The notes: generated by a model not told the origin, from the sequence alone. Counted from the first letter of the stretch, positions 37,805-48,208 are shown. The stretch: DNA of 64,000 bases from a virus (IMGVR_UViG_3300043409_001491:1-64000), one strand, 5' to 3'. Made by a program: numbers and translations.

Positions 37805-38124
37805 TATTTACTATATATAAACTATCTTTAAAAACCTTAACTACAGTATTCTCTCTTCTTATATATATTTAGTATACACTATTCAATACCTGGCATATTG
37901 GACTTATAGTTACAAAACGGACATAGGTAATTATAACGATTTGATAACTCTTTTTATATACCTGGTGTTATATGCTTAATTATGGCTTATATAACCTTTT
38001 GTTATAAACTTTTATATACTGGCATAAAATAATGTTATAATGTTTTTGCTGGCACTCTAGGTTGCTACCCCCACCCTACGGCGCCTAGGGTGTCCAGTTA
38101 TGAAATTATGGTATAATCAATATT

Positions 38125-38541
38125 ATGTGTACTCCTACAACCGAAAAACTTGGTGCCACACCTGCCAACATTCAATGGAACGTTGTTCGTGGAGATACGG
38201 CAACGCTTAAGGTAGAGTTTTTTGAAGATGACGAAGTTACCCCATATGAGACTACGGCTTGGACATTTATAGCAACTTCTTATGATCCAGTAGCCGATGC
38301 TTTAGATTTATTAACGGTAGAGTCCTATGAAGACGGTGTTATTTATATTATTGCAAAAGCAAACATTACAGCAAACTGGGGACTTGGAAAATACAAGCCA
38401 GTAGTTTCAGAGTTAAGGTTTGACCTTCAAGCCACACTTCCTGGAGATGGAGTATCTGGCGGTGGCGGAGATGAAGTTACTAAGTGGACTCCAGTTATTG
38501 GAACAATTTGCGTAATGGGTGATGTGAGCGGTACGCTATGA
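38125..38541 (+). CDS. Putative virion (baseplate/BppU-like) protein
   Basis: RGDT...FDLQ...G.I pattern shared with the 39405 and 48752 ORFs. Confidence 0.65.
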   Translation: MCTPTTEKLGATPANIQWNVVRGDTATLKVEFFEDDEVTPYETTAWTFIATSYDPVADALDLLTVESYEDGVIYIIAKANITANWGLGKYKPVVSELRFDLQATLPGDGVSGGGGDEVTKWTPVIGTICVMGDVSGTL

Positions 38542-38635
38542 TAGTTGTAGTAACTCCAGCCCAAGTAAATATTCCTCCAGTAATTAAAGTTGGAACTAAG
38601 GTTTATAGAACACAGTCTAAGTGATAAAATAGTCT

Positions 38636-39379
38636 ATGGCAAAAAGCATGGACTCTCCACAACCCCTTAAAAGAAAAGGGTATTCTCAAGCAATTCAAGA
38701 ATCCTCTGTTCAGCAAACTACAGATTTAAAAGAATATATAGCCGTCCCTGGACTAACAGGAATTCAAGGCGAAAGAGGACACAAAGGGGACAAGGGAGAA
38801 AAGGGTGACCAAGGGCTTGAAGGATTAAAAGGTGATATAGGTAAGACAGGACCGCAAGGGCCCCGTGGAGAACCTGGAAAGGGTGCTGAGGGCTATGATT
38901 CAGTTTCTGGACAATACCCAGGATGGGTTTATTATAAAAATGGATCAGATAGGTCAGTTAATTTAGGTGCTGGTAGAGGAGATGATGGCTGGGTGACTCT
39001 TAATTTCATCCCAGATAAAGAAAAAAGCAATAGGGAATATATGCCAAGAGGATCAGAAGACCTGTGGCTTCCAGAACAAAACTTATTTAATTTTAAATCT
39101 TTAAAGATTGGGACAAAGGTAGACATAAGATATGATTTTTCTATAGCCACAGAGTCAATGAACACGGACCTTTGGATTAGAACATTTAATGAAAAATATT
39201 TAAAATCTCCAATCTCACATGTTGCAAATCTTAAATACCAGTATTCCTACGATATGTCGTTTTCTCAAACCTTATACATAGACGAGTCAAAAATTAAGAG
39301 TCATGGAGCAAGGCCACAAGCCAGAACCGACACACAGGCTTCCTTGTTTTTAAATGGTCTCTACATATCGGTTTCTTAA
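38636..39379 (+). CDS. Collagen-repeat virion protein
   Basis: (Gly-X-Y)n stretch GERGHKGDKGEKGDQG... Confidence 0.85.
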   Translation: MAKSMDSPQPLKRKGYSQAIQESSVQQTTDLKEYIAVPGLTGIQGERGHKGDKGEKGDQGLEGLKGDIGKTGPQGPRGEPGKGAEGYDSVSGQYPGWVYYKNGSDRSVNLGAGRGDDGWVTLNFIPDKEKSNREYMPRGSEDLWLPEQNLFNFKSLKIGTKVDIRYDFSIATESMNTDLWIRTFNEKYLKSPISHVANLKYQYSYDMSFSQTLYIDESKIKSHGARPQARTDTQASLFLNGLYISVS

Positions 39380-39404
39380 TGGTATAATAAACTTAGGAGG
39401 AATA

Positions 39405-39767
39405 ATGGCATTTCCAGGTACATATAATTTTAGTTACTACCGTGGTGACACGTATCAATTTATCATCCGTCCAAAAAATGCAAATGGGACAACTTTTTCA
39501 TTAGATGCCTATGATGGCAATGCCTTATTTACAATAGCCAATCGGCGTGGTAGCACGGGTACACAGGTCGCAGCAACAGCAACAATAGATACTTCAACCG
39601 ATATTGTTACATGCACAATTACTCCTGAACAAGGAAGAGAACTTGCTGCTGGAACCACATATGTTTATGACGTTCAAATTACAAATACAACCCCAACACC
39701 AGATGTGATCTTTACGCTACTTACTGGATCGATTACTGTAACTGATGATATTACTGGTGCCGCTTAA
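39405..39767 (+). CDS. Putative virion (BppU-like) protein
   Basis: YRGDT, YVYDVQ and LLTGSITV. Confidence 0.7.
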   Translation: MAFPGTYNFSYYRGDTYQFIIRPKNANGTTFSLDAYDGNALFTIANRRGSTGTQVAATATIDTSTDIVTCTITPEQGRELAAGTTYVYDVQITNTTPTPDVIFTLLTGSITVTDDITGAA

Positions 39768-40330
39768 TGACAGATGTAGTATTATCCACAGATGACTTAA
39801 CTGTTTTATCTGGACCAGAGACAATTGAACTTCTTGTTGACATTGGCCCAACAGGAACACGTGGTAGTAAATTTTTTGTCGGTATTGGAAACCCAAACTC
39901 AGATGACACTTTAGACCCACTATTAAATGACCTATATGTTAACTCAGCACCTGGATCAGATTACGGATACTTGTATCAATATGTTTCAGAGCCTGGTGGA
40001 GATACTTGGGTAGAGGTTTTAAATATTACCCCTGCAATTTATTCAAAAATACATACTGTGACTTTTGCATCAGGAACAGATGCTGATTATGGAAGCGGAA
40101 CAATTGTAGTTCCAATAACAGACATAACCTCAGTTACTGGTTTAGAGGCAGATAATTTTAGTGTTCAATATTCTATTGTTAATGCAAAACCATTAGCAAC
40201 ATCTCTTTCTTTAGTTTCAGTGTCTGGAACAAACCTTGTTCTAAACCTTCAAGCCTCAGAGTATGATGGAACTTGGGCAGCCCTTGAAACAGAGGCTTCT
40301 GTTCATCTATTTGTTTCGGTTGTGCTATAA
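39767..40330 (+). CDS. Putative tail/baseplate protein
   Basis: GPTGTRGS..G.GNP and NDLYVN. Confidence 0.65.
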   Translation: MTDVVLSTDDLTVLSGPETIELLVDIGPTGTRGSKFFVGIGNPNSDDTLDPLLNDLYVNSAPGSDYGYLYQYVSEPGGDTWVEVLNITPAIYSKIHTVTFASGTDADYGSGTIVVPITDITSVTGLEADNFSVQYSIVNAKPLATSLSLVSVSGTNLVLNLQASEYDGTWAALETEASVHLFVSVVL

Positions 40331-40348
40331 TGAATGAGGTGAAATGAC

Positions 40349-40933
40349 ATGGCATCTGAATCTATAGGCTCAATTTATCCCACAGAAATACCTGGGTATG
40401 CAGACAATGCTGACATTCAAGCGGCATTTAGACTCTACCACTATGGTTCTACAACATATAGCACTGCAAATTCAAATACCGCAAACCTTGAACCCACATC
40501 AATTGCCTTTCACCTAAATGCGTTACAAGAACAGATAACAACACTAACATCTCCAAGAGAAACTGCAGCAATATCAGCAACTGCTGCTACTGGAACTGTA
40601 CACCTTAATATAAGTACAGCATCCGTTCATATTTACACATCAAACTCAACTGCAAACTATACTTTAAATATTCGTGGAAATTCATCAACTACCCTAAACT
40701 CATTAATGGAAATTGGTGAATCTATTACAGTTACTTTTGAACATCCAAACGGTTCTACGCCATATTATGCCACTGCATATACTATTGATGGTAATGCCGT
40801 TACTCCTAAATGGCTGGGTGGAACAGCCCCTACAGCAGGAAACGCTAGTGCGACAGATGTGTATATGATCCAGATTAGAAAAACTGCTTCTGCTACCTTC
40901 ACATGTCTGGCATCTCAATCTAAGTTTGCTTAG
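40349..40933 (+). CDS. Putative tail fibre protein
   Basis: Thr/Ser-rich; [13 protein letters not shown]-terminal domain. Confidence 0.65.
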   Translation: MASESIGSIYPTEIPGYADNADIQAAFRLYHYGSTTYSTANSNTANLEPTSIAFHLNALQEQITTLTSPRETAAISATAATGTVHLNISTASVHIYTSNSTANYTLNIRGNSSTTLNSLMEIGESITVTFEHPNGSTPYYATAYTIDGNAVTPKWLGGTAPTAGNASATDVYMIQIRKTASATFTCLASQSKFA

Positions 40934-40941
40934 GGGTTAAC

Positions 40942-41775
40942 GTGCCACTATTTCGTAATCCCAGCGCAATTGGTATATTTTTAAAGTTAGCACCAACACC
41001 AACTCCAACACCAACTCCAACGCCAACACCTACTCCAACTCCGACGCCAACGCCAACACCTACTCCAACACCTACTCCTACTCCAACGCCTACTCCTACA
41101 CCTACTCCTACACCTACACCTACTCCAACGCCAGAGCCAACTCCAACACCAACCCCGACCCCAACTCCGACACCAACCCCGACCCCAACTCCGACACCAA
41201 CTCCGACACCAACTCCGACACCTACACCAACACCTACACCAACTCCAACTCCTACACCGACCCCTACTCCTGCACCTACAGAAGGAATAGTCTATCTTTC
41301 ATACTGCTATAATGGAACACCAACACAAGATGGATTCTTTGTTGATGCTAATAATGCGGTTGTACAAAATATTAACCAAGCCTGTGCTGCCTACACCTCA
41401 CTTCTTCAAGGTCTTACTCCACCAGCCACAAGTATTGTTTGTTCAATAGTATCGATGCCTGATTTGCCAGCAAGTTGTCCTCCTCCACCAACCCCTACTC
41501 CAACACCTACTCCAACACCTACTCCAACCCCTACTCCAACACCTACTCCAACTCCTACTCCAACGCCAACTCCAACACCTACACCAACGCCTACTCCAAC
41601 GCCAGAGCCAACTCCAACACCAACCCCGACCCCAACTCCGACACCAACTCCGACACCAACTCCGACACCTACACCAACACCTACACCAAGTCCAGTACCA
41701 CCAGGCAACTTCTGTGGCTTTGATTGCTTTGGAGAAGAAGTCGAGTCTTCATGTGCAAATCCATGTCCGTTCTAG
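40942..41775 (+). CDS. (Pro-Thr)n mucin/extensin-like protein with Cys-rich domains
   Basis: Two long PT dipeptide tracts flanking a Cys-containing domain, plus a four-Cys C-terminus. Confidence 0.85.
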   Translation: MPLFRNPSAIGIFLKLAPTPTPTPTPTPTPTPTPTPTPTPTPTPTPTPTPTPTPTPTPTPTPTPEPTPTPTPTPTPTPTPTPTPTPTPTPTPTPTPTPTPTPTPTPTPTPAPTEGIVYLSYCYNGTPTQDGFFVDANNAVVQNINQACAAYTSLLQGLTPPATSIVCSIVSMPDLPASCPPPPTPTPTPTPTPTPTPTPTPTPTPTPTPTPTPTPTPTPTPEPTPTPTPTPTPTPTPTPTPTPTPTPTPSPVPPGNFCGFDCFGEEVESSCANPCPF

Positions 41776-41823
41776 TAGTCATGATAAGATATATGCTAAA
41801 CTTAGATATCAAAAGGAGAAATA

Positions 41824-42249
41824 ATGTACGCCTGTGTAGTAAAAAATAGCGAAGGAACTTGGGATGTGTTTGGATTTCTTGCATATCCAGCAAACCAGGA
41901 AAAGCAAGATAGGCTACAGGCTGCAGTGGCAAGCGGTCTTCCAATTACTGGAATGATCTTGACTCCTTATAAGTGGTCAGCAACAAATGGTGCAACTTTT
42001 AACGGTACAGAATTTACTGGAGGAAGCCAATCTCCTGTTCCACAAGACAATGATTGGTCATCAGTTAATACATTTGGGTATATTTGTGATAATGTGATTA
42101 TTGGTGCATTTATAACAAGCACTGGCACTGTAATGTGTAATCAATATAATGCAATATTTGATGATGAAACAACAATAATTAAAGTTCCAGAAAGCCAGAC
42201 AGCCAACATTGGCGATATCTGGGATGGCGAAAACATAATTAATAGATAG
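41824..42249 (+). CDS. Hypothetical protein (tail-fibre assembly-like)
   Basis: AAGGAG RBS; IGDIWDG motif. Confidence 0.7.
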   Translation: MYACVVKNSEGTWDVFGFLAYPANQEKQDRLQAAVASGLPITGMILTPYKWSATNGATFNGTEFTGGSQSPVPQDNDWSSVNTFGYICDNVIIGAFITSTGTVMCNQYNAIFDDETTIIKVPESQTANIGDIWDGENIINR

Positions 42250-42266
42250 TAAAAGTGGGGGTAGAT

Positions 42267-42494
42267 ATGTCAAAGTGGGAAGAATGGAAAGAAAGTCTTG
42301 GGGAAACAAGACCTTGGCATTTATTAGATCATAGCAAGTTGGTAGACGACAAGTCTATATCTGATGCTAGACTAAACATATGTAAAACATGTCCAGAGTT
42401 AATTAAACTTACAACAACATGTAAAAAATGTGGATGCTTTATGGCAGCAAAAACAAAACTACAAGGGGCAGCATGTCCAATAGGGAAATGGTAA
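42267..42494 (+). CDS. Cys-rich protein, paralogue of 37178..37384
   Basis: CKTC, CKKCGCF and CPIGKW. Confidence 0.8.
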   Translation: MSKWEEWKESLGETRPWHLLDHSKLVDDKSISDARLNICKTCPELIKLTTTCKKCGCFMAAKTKLQGAACPIGKW

Positions 42495-42504
42495 AGGGGC
42501 CAAA

Positions 42505-43104
42505 ATGATAAAAGAAGAAATAGCACCAGGAATAGCCGTATATAGCGATGTAATTCCAAATAGTAATACACTATATCAAGACATTGAAGAAGGAATGGCT
42601 TCTGCGGGACTAAAATGGAATGAAGCAAGTGTTAAAGAATCAACAGATCCAATGGTAAACAAAAATACAAGAGACACAAGTACTTTTGGAGTTCAATATG
42701 CAGGACAAATAAAAGATCTAACAACAACAGATCCAAGAGAAGTTTTTGGCTTAAGCCTAAATAATATCTTCTTTGAGCATTTTGACCCAGTAGAAAAAGA
42801 CTACATGGCAACATATGGAATAGGCTCAGACTGGCATGATGTTTACGGAATTTTAAAATATGGAGCAGGCCAGCAATTTACTAACCACATTGATGACCAT
42901 CCAAGTTATCACAGACGAGTATCTACTGTCTACTATTTAAATGATAACTACACGGGTGGAGAAATTAACTTTCCTCGTTTTGGAATTACCTTTAAACCAA
43001 AGGCTAATCAAATGATTGTGTTTCCTTCAACATATGTTTATAATCACTCAGTGTCTCCAGTTATTGAAGGTGAAAGATATGCCGTAGTTAGTTGGTTACG
43101 ATGA
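42505..43104 (+). CDS. Prolyl-4-hydroxylase-like 2OG-Fe(II) oxygenase
   Basis: LKY..GQ.F..HID, YLNDNYTGGE and HSVSPV..GERY. Confidence 0.88.
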   Translation: MIKEEIAPGIAVYSDVIPNSNTLYQDIEEGMASAGLKWNEASVKESTDPMVNKNTRDTSTFGVQYAGQIKDLTTTDPREVFGLSLNNIFFEHFDPVEKDYMATYGIGSDWHDVYGILKYGAGQQFTNHIDDHPSYHRRVSTVYYLNDNYTGGEINFPRFGITFKPKANQMIVFPSTYVYNHSVSPVIEGERYAVVSWLR

Positions 43105-43661
43105 AAGAGCCATTGCTAGTTAATGATGTTTTAAGTCCAGAAGACTATGCAATTCTTACTAGTGCCGTTTCAAATCCAAAATCTTTTGAATATCAAGAAG
43201 GTTTTTCAAGATATGTTGTTGCAGATAATAATCTTGCAATACTGGCAGAACTTGCAAATAAATTAATTCCTACCGCAAGAGAAGCATTTGGAAGCGATAC
43301 TTTACTTCCAACATATACATTATTTGCACACTATGAAGGACAGAACCCTGCTCCAAGTCTTTATAAGCACAAGGATGATAATGCTTGCACATACACTTTA
43401 GACATGTGTGTTTATCAGAATGAGTCTTGGGATCTGTTTGTTGAAGATAAGGCTTACACGCTTTATCCTAATCAAGCCCTTGCATACTATGGTAATGATC
43501 AGATGCACTGGAGAGAAGAATTTCCTAATCCAGAAACAAATCATGTTGCAATGGTCTTTTTTCATTTTGCAGAACCAGACCACTGGTACTTTACAGAAGG
43601 TCCAGAGTATCTTCACACTCATATTCGTGCAAATAAAGATTCTATGGCTAAAGTCATGTAA
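43101..43661 (+). CDS. 2OG-Fe(II) oxygenase-like protein
   Basis: L.KHKD..AC and HWRE...VFFH. Confidence 0.75.
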   Translation: MKEPLLVNDVLSPEDYAILTSAVSNPKSFEYQEGFSRYVVADNNLAILAELANKLIPTAREAFGSDTLLPTYTLFAHYEGQNPAPSLYKHKDDNACTYTLDMCVYQNESWDLFVEDKAYTLYPNQALAYYGNDQMHWREEFPNPETNHVAMVFFHFAEPDHWYFTEGPEYLHTHIRANKDSMAKVM

Positions 43662-44680
43662 TGAAACCTATCTTTTTTAAACTTTGGAATGCTGGATTGT
43701 TTAACCAAGTGCTAAGTTTAGAGTTAGCAGCAGGGCTTGCTCACGAAACTAAAAAACCAATAATAGTTCATTTTTTTTGTCATGATCCAAATAGAAAAAT
43801 ATATATCTCTACACCAAGTATACATTTTAATGATCAAAGAAATAATTTTACAGATCGCTCTTTTAAAAATAACCCTCACCTTTTAGACTTGTTTGATGTT
43901 AGTGCAGATCTAATTATTGTTAATGAAAAAATAGATTCATTTAAACAAGAAGAATTTGTTATAGATGAATTAGCAACTAAATATTATTATAGCAAAGAAA
44001 AAGAAATATCTGATGATGAATTATTGTTTGCAGAAGGCAGAGAAAGACTTACTTTTAATAAAAATATACATTTAAAAGGTACTTTAGGAGTCTATTCAAG
44101 ATTTTTTTATAATAGAAGTCCTGAGTTAAATGAAGTTTTGTCTTCAGTTAAGCCTAAGCAGATCTATCGGGATTTGGCTAAAAAAATATCAGAATCTCTT
44201 GGTAATTTCCAAGGAATGCATTTAAGGTTGTCAGATCATCTTGTAAGCACAGACTATCACAAAGAAGAAATAGTCAATGAATGGATAACAAAATATGAAA
44301 ATAATGGTATTCCTATTGTTTTATCTACAGATGAACCAAGTCACCGATTAGTAAATAAAAATAAGCATAGGTTTATTTTATTGGATGAATACATAGTCAA
44401 TAATTTTAAAGATGATTTTATGTCTTTGCCGTTTCAGGATGAGGTAGTTTTTGGCCTTATTTGTAATTTAGTTTTACATGACTCAGTAAATTTTGTAGGA
44501 AAATCAGGAACTACTTACACATCATATATTCACAGAAACAGGAATCAAAAAAATATTGAAACTTGGGATTTCTTTGATAATCCACCAAAAGCAGAAGGTC
44601 TTCCATATTCTTGGAATAATTATCCTAGACCAAATGATCAAAAAATGTGGTGGAGAGAGTGGCCAGAATCAAAATGCTAA
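43661..44680 (+). CDS. Protein O-fucosyltransferase-like (GT-B) glycosyltransferase
   Basis: AGLFNQ, GMHLRLSD, LSTDE and FVG..GTTYT. Confidence 0.75.
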   Translation: MKPIFFKLWNAGLFNQVLSLELAAGLAHETKKPIIVHFFCHDPNRKIYISTPSIHFNDQRNNFTDRSFKNNPHLLDLFDVSADLIIVNEKIDSFKQEEFVIDELATKYYYSKEKEISDDELLFAEGRERLTFNKNIHLKGTLGVYSRFFYNRSPELNEVLSSVKPKQIYRDLAKKISESLGNFQGMHLRLSDHLVSTDYHKEEIVNEWITKYENNGIPIVLSTDEPSHRLVNKNKHRFILLDEYIVNNFKDDFMSLPFQDEVVFGLICNLVLHDSVNFVGKSGTTYTSYIHRNRNQKNIETWDFFDNPPKAEGLPYSWNNYPRPNDQKMWWREWPESKC

Positions 44681-45618
44681 GAAACAAAGTAATTATAAAT
44701 GCCTGGACAGGAATGTTTGGAATTAGAATGCACGAATATGCATTTGCTAAAACTTATGCACACAAAAACAATATGGACCTTGAATTATTGTCAAACTGGG
44801 AAGGTTCTGTTATGTTTAAAAATGCAACAGAGTCCTTGATAGAGTTTCCAGAGTTACAAGAATATTTAAAAAATGGCGGAAGACCATTAGAAGAAAGAAA
44901 TAATGAAACATTAAAGTATTATCCAGGATCAATATACTGGAACGGTAATTGGCATCCAGAAGATCCGTATAAAAATAATAACTGCTCGATTGTTACTAAT
45001 GACACCAACGCATATCAGGAGTCTATATTTGACCAAATGGAACTTTCCTATATAAAACATATTTTTGAGTTAAGCGATTTAATAAAAGAATCAGAAGTTT
45101 ACAAGCATTGGGAATCAAAAGCAGGAACATACGATGTTGCTCATCTTCGTAGAGGAGATATTGCAGATATTAATTATAATCTTAATAATGAACAAGGCTA
45201 TTCTGTGGTATCAAAAGATTCTTATTTTTCTGCTTTTGAAAAGTTTGGGTATGACAAAGATAAAATTGAATGGATATCAAATGATCATACTAAGAAGTGG
45301 CATCAAGATAGACCAGACATGATCTTTTTGCCATGGTCTTATCCACAGGGTGCTCAGTTTGATGAAAAACTAGGCTTTGATTTTCTTGATGATTGGTTAA
45401 AGATGTATTTTGCTAGAACAATATTTAGAGGAAATAGCAGTTTTTCTTTCTGGGCAGGACTACTGTCTCCAACAGCAAAGGTTTATTCTCCAGTAGTTGA
45501 TAAACAACTAATCTATGGCCGTGATGGTTTAACAGAAGAATTATTCTTAGATTTTACTGAGGGCAATGAAAATCATTGGATGTATTCTGGCACAGATAGA
45601 AAGATAAGGATAAGATAA
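44674..45618 (+). CDS. GT11-like (fucosyltransferase-fold) glycosyltransferase
   Basis: AHLRRGD and NSSFSFWAGLL. Confidence 0.78.
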   Translation: MLRNKVIINAWTGMFGIRMHEYAFAKTYAHKNNMDLELLSNWEGSVMFKNATESLIEFPELQEYLKNGGRPLEERNNETLKYYPGSIYWNGNWHPEDPYKNNNCSIVTNDTNAYQESIFDQMELSYIKHIFELSDLIKESEVYKHWESKAGTYDVAHLRRGDIADINYNLNNEQGYSVVSKDSYFSAFEKFGYDKDKIEWISNDHTKKWHQDRPDMIFLPWSYPQGAQFDEKLGFDFLDDWLKMYFARTIFRGNSSFSFWAGLLSPTAKVYSPVVDKQLIYGRDGLTEELFLDFTEGNENHWMYSGTDRKIRIR

Positions 45619-45619
45619 A

Positions 45620-46642
45620 ATGAAAACAGCACTAGTTTTAGGAGCAGGAGGCTTCATAGGAAGCCATATGGTAAATAGGCTTAAGTCAGAAGGATATTGG
45701 GTTAGAGGTGTTGACTTAAAACATCCTGATTTTTCTAATACACAGGCAGACGAATTTATTGAGAGAGATCTATCTGTATATGAAAATGTTGAAAAAGTTA
45801 TTAAGTTTAAAGGATATCAAGGAAACTTTTACCACGAGATTCCATATCGTTCCATAGATTCATTTGATGAAATATATCAGTTCGCTGCAGATATGGGTGG
45901 AGCAGGATATATTTTTACTGGTTTAAATGATTCTCAGATTATGGAAAACTCTGCTCTAATAAACCTTAATCTTTTAAGAGCACAGTCAAGACTTAATGAA
46001 AAATATGATATAAACAAAACCAAAATATTCTATTCAAGTTCTGCCTGCATGTATCCTGACTATAAGCAGTTAGATGTTAACAATCCTGGATTGAAAGAGT
46101 CTGATGCATACCCTGCAGATCCTGACAGCGAGTATGGCTGGGAAAAACTCTTTAGCGAAAGAATGTTCTTAGCATTTAACAGAAACAATAAGATTCCTGT
46201 AGCAATTGCCAGATACCATAATATTTATGGACCAGAAGGAACTTGGGACGGTGGAAAAGAAAAGGCTCCTGCTGCAATGTGTAGAAAAGTTATACAAGCA
46301 GATGGTTTTATAGAAATTTGGGGGGACGGAGAACAAACCCGCTCATTCCTATATATAGACGAATGCATAGAAGCAACAAGAAGACTTATGGAGTCAGACT
46401 TTACTGGACCTGTTAATATTGGATCTGAGGAAATGGTTACTATCAATCAGTTGGTAGACATTGCTTGTAGTATTGAAGGCAAGGTTTTAAGCAAGATGCC
46501 TATTCCTGGACCTTTAGGAGTTAGAGGCAGAAACTCTAATAACGATTTGGTTAGAGAAAAGTTAGACTGGGACTATTCAATGTCTCTTAAGGATGGAATT
46601 CAAAAAACTTATGATTGGATTAAAAATCAAATAAATGAATAA
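45620..46642 (+). CDS. GDP-mannose 3,5-epimerase-like enzyme
   Basis: GAGGFIG, FAADMGGAG, SSSACMYP, YGWEK, EKAPAAMCRK and GVRGRNS. Confidence 0.88.
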   Translation: MKTALVLGAGGFIGSHMVNRLKSEGYWVRGVDLKHPDFSNTQADEFIERDLSVYENVEKVIKFKGYQGNFYHEIPYRSIDSFDEIYQFAADMGGAGYIFTGLNDSQIMENSALINLNLLRAQSRLNEKYDINKTKIFYSSSACMYPDYKQLDVNNPGLKESDAYPADPDSEYGWEKLFSERMFLAFNRNNKIPVAIARYHNIYGPEGTWDGGKEKAPAAMCRKVIQADGFIEIWGDGEQTRSFLYIDECIEATRRLMESDFTGPVNIGSEEMVTINQLVDIACSIEGKVLSKMPIPGPLGVRGRNSNNDLVREKLDWDYSMSLKDGIQKTYDWIKNQINE

Positions 46643-47471
46643 AACTGAAGTTGTAAAAGAATGTTTTATGCCAGATGGAATTGGCGCACAACTTTGGAGA
46701 AAAATTTATGTAATGTCATATGCAAAATATTATAATCTATTGTTTGAAGACACACCAATTACAGATTTTTTAATTCATGAATCTGATAAAGTTTACAGCG
46801 AAGAGGAAAAAATTAAATTTATTGACAAGTTTAATACAATATTAAAAAATCCTTGGAAAGGTATAGATTTTTCTAATAAGGATCATTTTTTTCTTTCTGA
46901 AAAGGTAGGCTTGGGCTATTCTAACCTATATGGACACGCAGGGCTAATAAACCCCCCACATCCATTTTTAGAAGTTGCAAAAGAGTTTAGCACTATAGAA
47001 AAAACTGAAAATAATGTAATTATTCATATACGAAGAGGAAACGTGATTCCAGAAAACCCCAGGTGGGTAGAAGAATCTGTCTATATTGATATGTTACAAC
47101 TTTTGCCACATTTTTTAAACAAGTTAAAAATTGTACCAGACAGAGTAATAATTTTTACAGATGCTTCAGATACAAATAAAAGATATAAACCCATAAATCA
47201 AACCCAATTAGATAAATGGCAACAGGGGCATTTGTATAAAGACGAAAACGATTCTTTTGAAACTACTTCTATAAATTTTGAATTATTTAGAAATTCGTAT
47301 CCAGGTATTGAGATTTTAAATAATTTAGATACTTATACGGCTTTTAATATGATGGTTATGGCAAAAGTGCTAATAACATCAAAATCTGCATTTAGCCAGG
47401 CTGCTGGATTGCTATCAAAAAACACTGTTGTGCCAATTGATAACTATGACAGTTGTTTTAAAAATATATAA
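46635..47471 (+). CDS. GT11-like (fucosyltransferase-fold) glycosyltransferase
   Basis: DGIGAQ, IHIRRGN and SKSAFS..AGLL. Confidence 0.72.
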   Translation: MNKTEVVKECFMPDGIGAQLWRKIYVMSYAKYYNLLFEDTPITDFLIHESDKVYSEEEKIKFIDKFNTILKNPWKGIDFSNKDHFFLSEKVGLGYSNLYGHAGLINPPHPFLEVAKEFSTIEKTENNVIIHIRRGNVIPENPRWVEESVYIDMLQLLPHFLNKLKIVPDRVIIFTDASDTNKRYKPINQTQLDKWQQGHLYKDENDSFETTSINFELFRNSYPGIEILNNLDTYTAFNMMVMAKVLITSKSAFSQAAGLLSKNTVVPIDNYDSCFKNI

Positions 47472-47507
47472 AAAATACCCCCAAGGATTTCTCCAAAGGG
47501 GTATTTT
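47471..47507. terminator. Bidirectional intrinsic terminator
   Basis: AAAATACCCC...GGGGTATTTT between convergent genes. Confidence 0.75.
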
Positions 47508-47518
47508 ATTACCTAAAA

Positions 47519-48064
47519 TTACTTAGGAAATTTGCTCATCCACATTCTGGTCTTAGGCGTAATGCCTTTCCAAGAAGACCAGTCGTTTCCACCATTGGAC
47601 ATGTAGTATGCAATCTCCGCATTTTTGACGGGATTGAATAGTTCAGCGTTAGAGTCAAGATCAAACTTATCTCGTCTATCTGGACCCAGTGTATCAATCA
47701 TATTAATTTGGAACATCCCGTAGGAGGAGTCCCCAGTCTTATGGTTTCCGTTAAATGCTAAGGGACGACCATTAGATTCTTTCTTAGCAATAGCCCATGC
47801 TACTACTAAGTCGTTGCCTTTGAATCCCACCAAAGAAAGCAACTTCTTTAATTCAATATCTGTAAGATTTGTTTTGTTTTCATAACGTTCTAACATTTTT
47901 GCTTTAGAAACAACAAAAGCCACCTTGTGGGTGGCAGCAGAGTTTTCAGCGTGTTTAGTTAGTAAGTTGTTTTCCGTAGTTGATGCATTGGCAAAGTTGC
48001 TAAAGGGTGCTACAACTCCGACCATTGCGAGGATTCCAATCCAAGCCTTCTTGTCTCTTCTCAT
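47519..48064 (-). CDS. Secreted lysozyme-like/lytic transglycosylase
   Basis: Signal peptide; AIAKKES, YGMFQIN, NPVKN and WSSW. Confidence 0.85.
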   Translation of the reverse strand: MRRDKKAWIGILAMVGVVAPFSNFANASTTENNLLTKHAENSAATHKVAFVVSKAKMLERYENKTNLTDIELKKLLSLVGFKGNDLVVAWAIAKKESNGRPLAFNGNHKTGDSSYGMFQINMIDTLGPDRRDKFDLDSNAELFNPVKNAEIAYYMSNGGNDWSSWKGITPKTRMWMSKFPK

Positions 48065-48208
48065 AATAGTAACCTCCTAGAGAACAAATGCTACCTGTTG
48101 GTAGCATGTATTAATTATAACACGAATTTGCCATCAAAGTCAAACTTTAGATAACATTTTGGTAAACTTTTAGTTTTTACGGGGGAAAGTGGTATAATAA
48201 TAAGTACT

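Noticed and set aside
41406-41723. GV-repeat and SNT-repeat ORFs
   Set aside because: Antisense and alternate-frame shadows of the PT repeat
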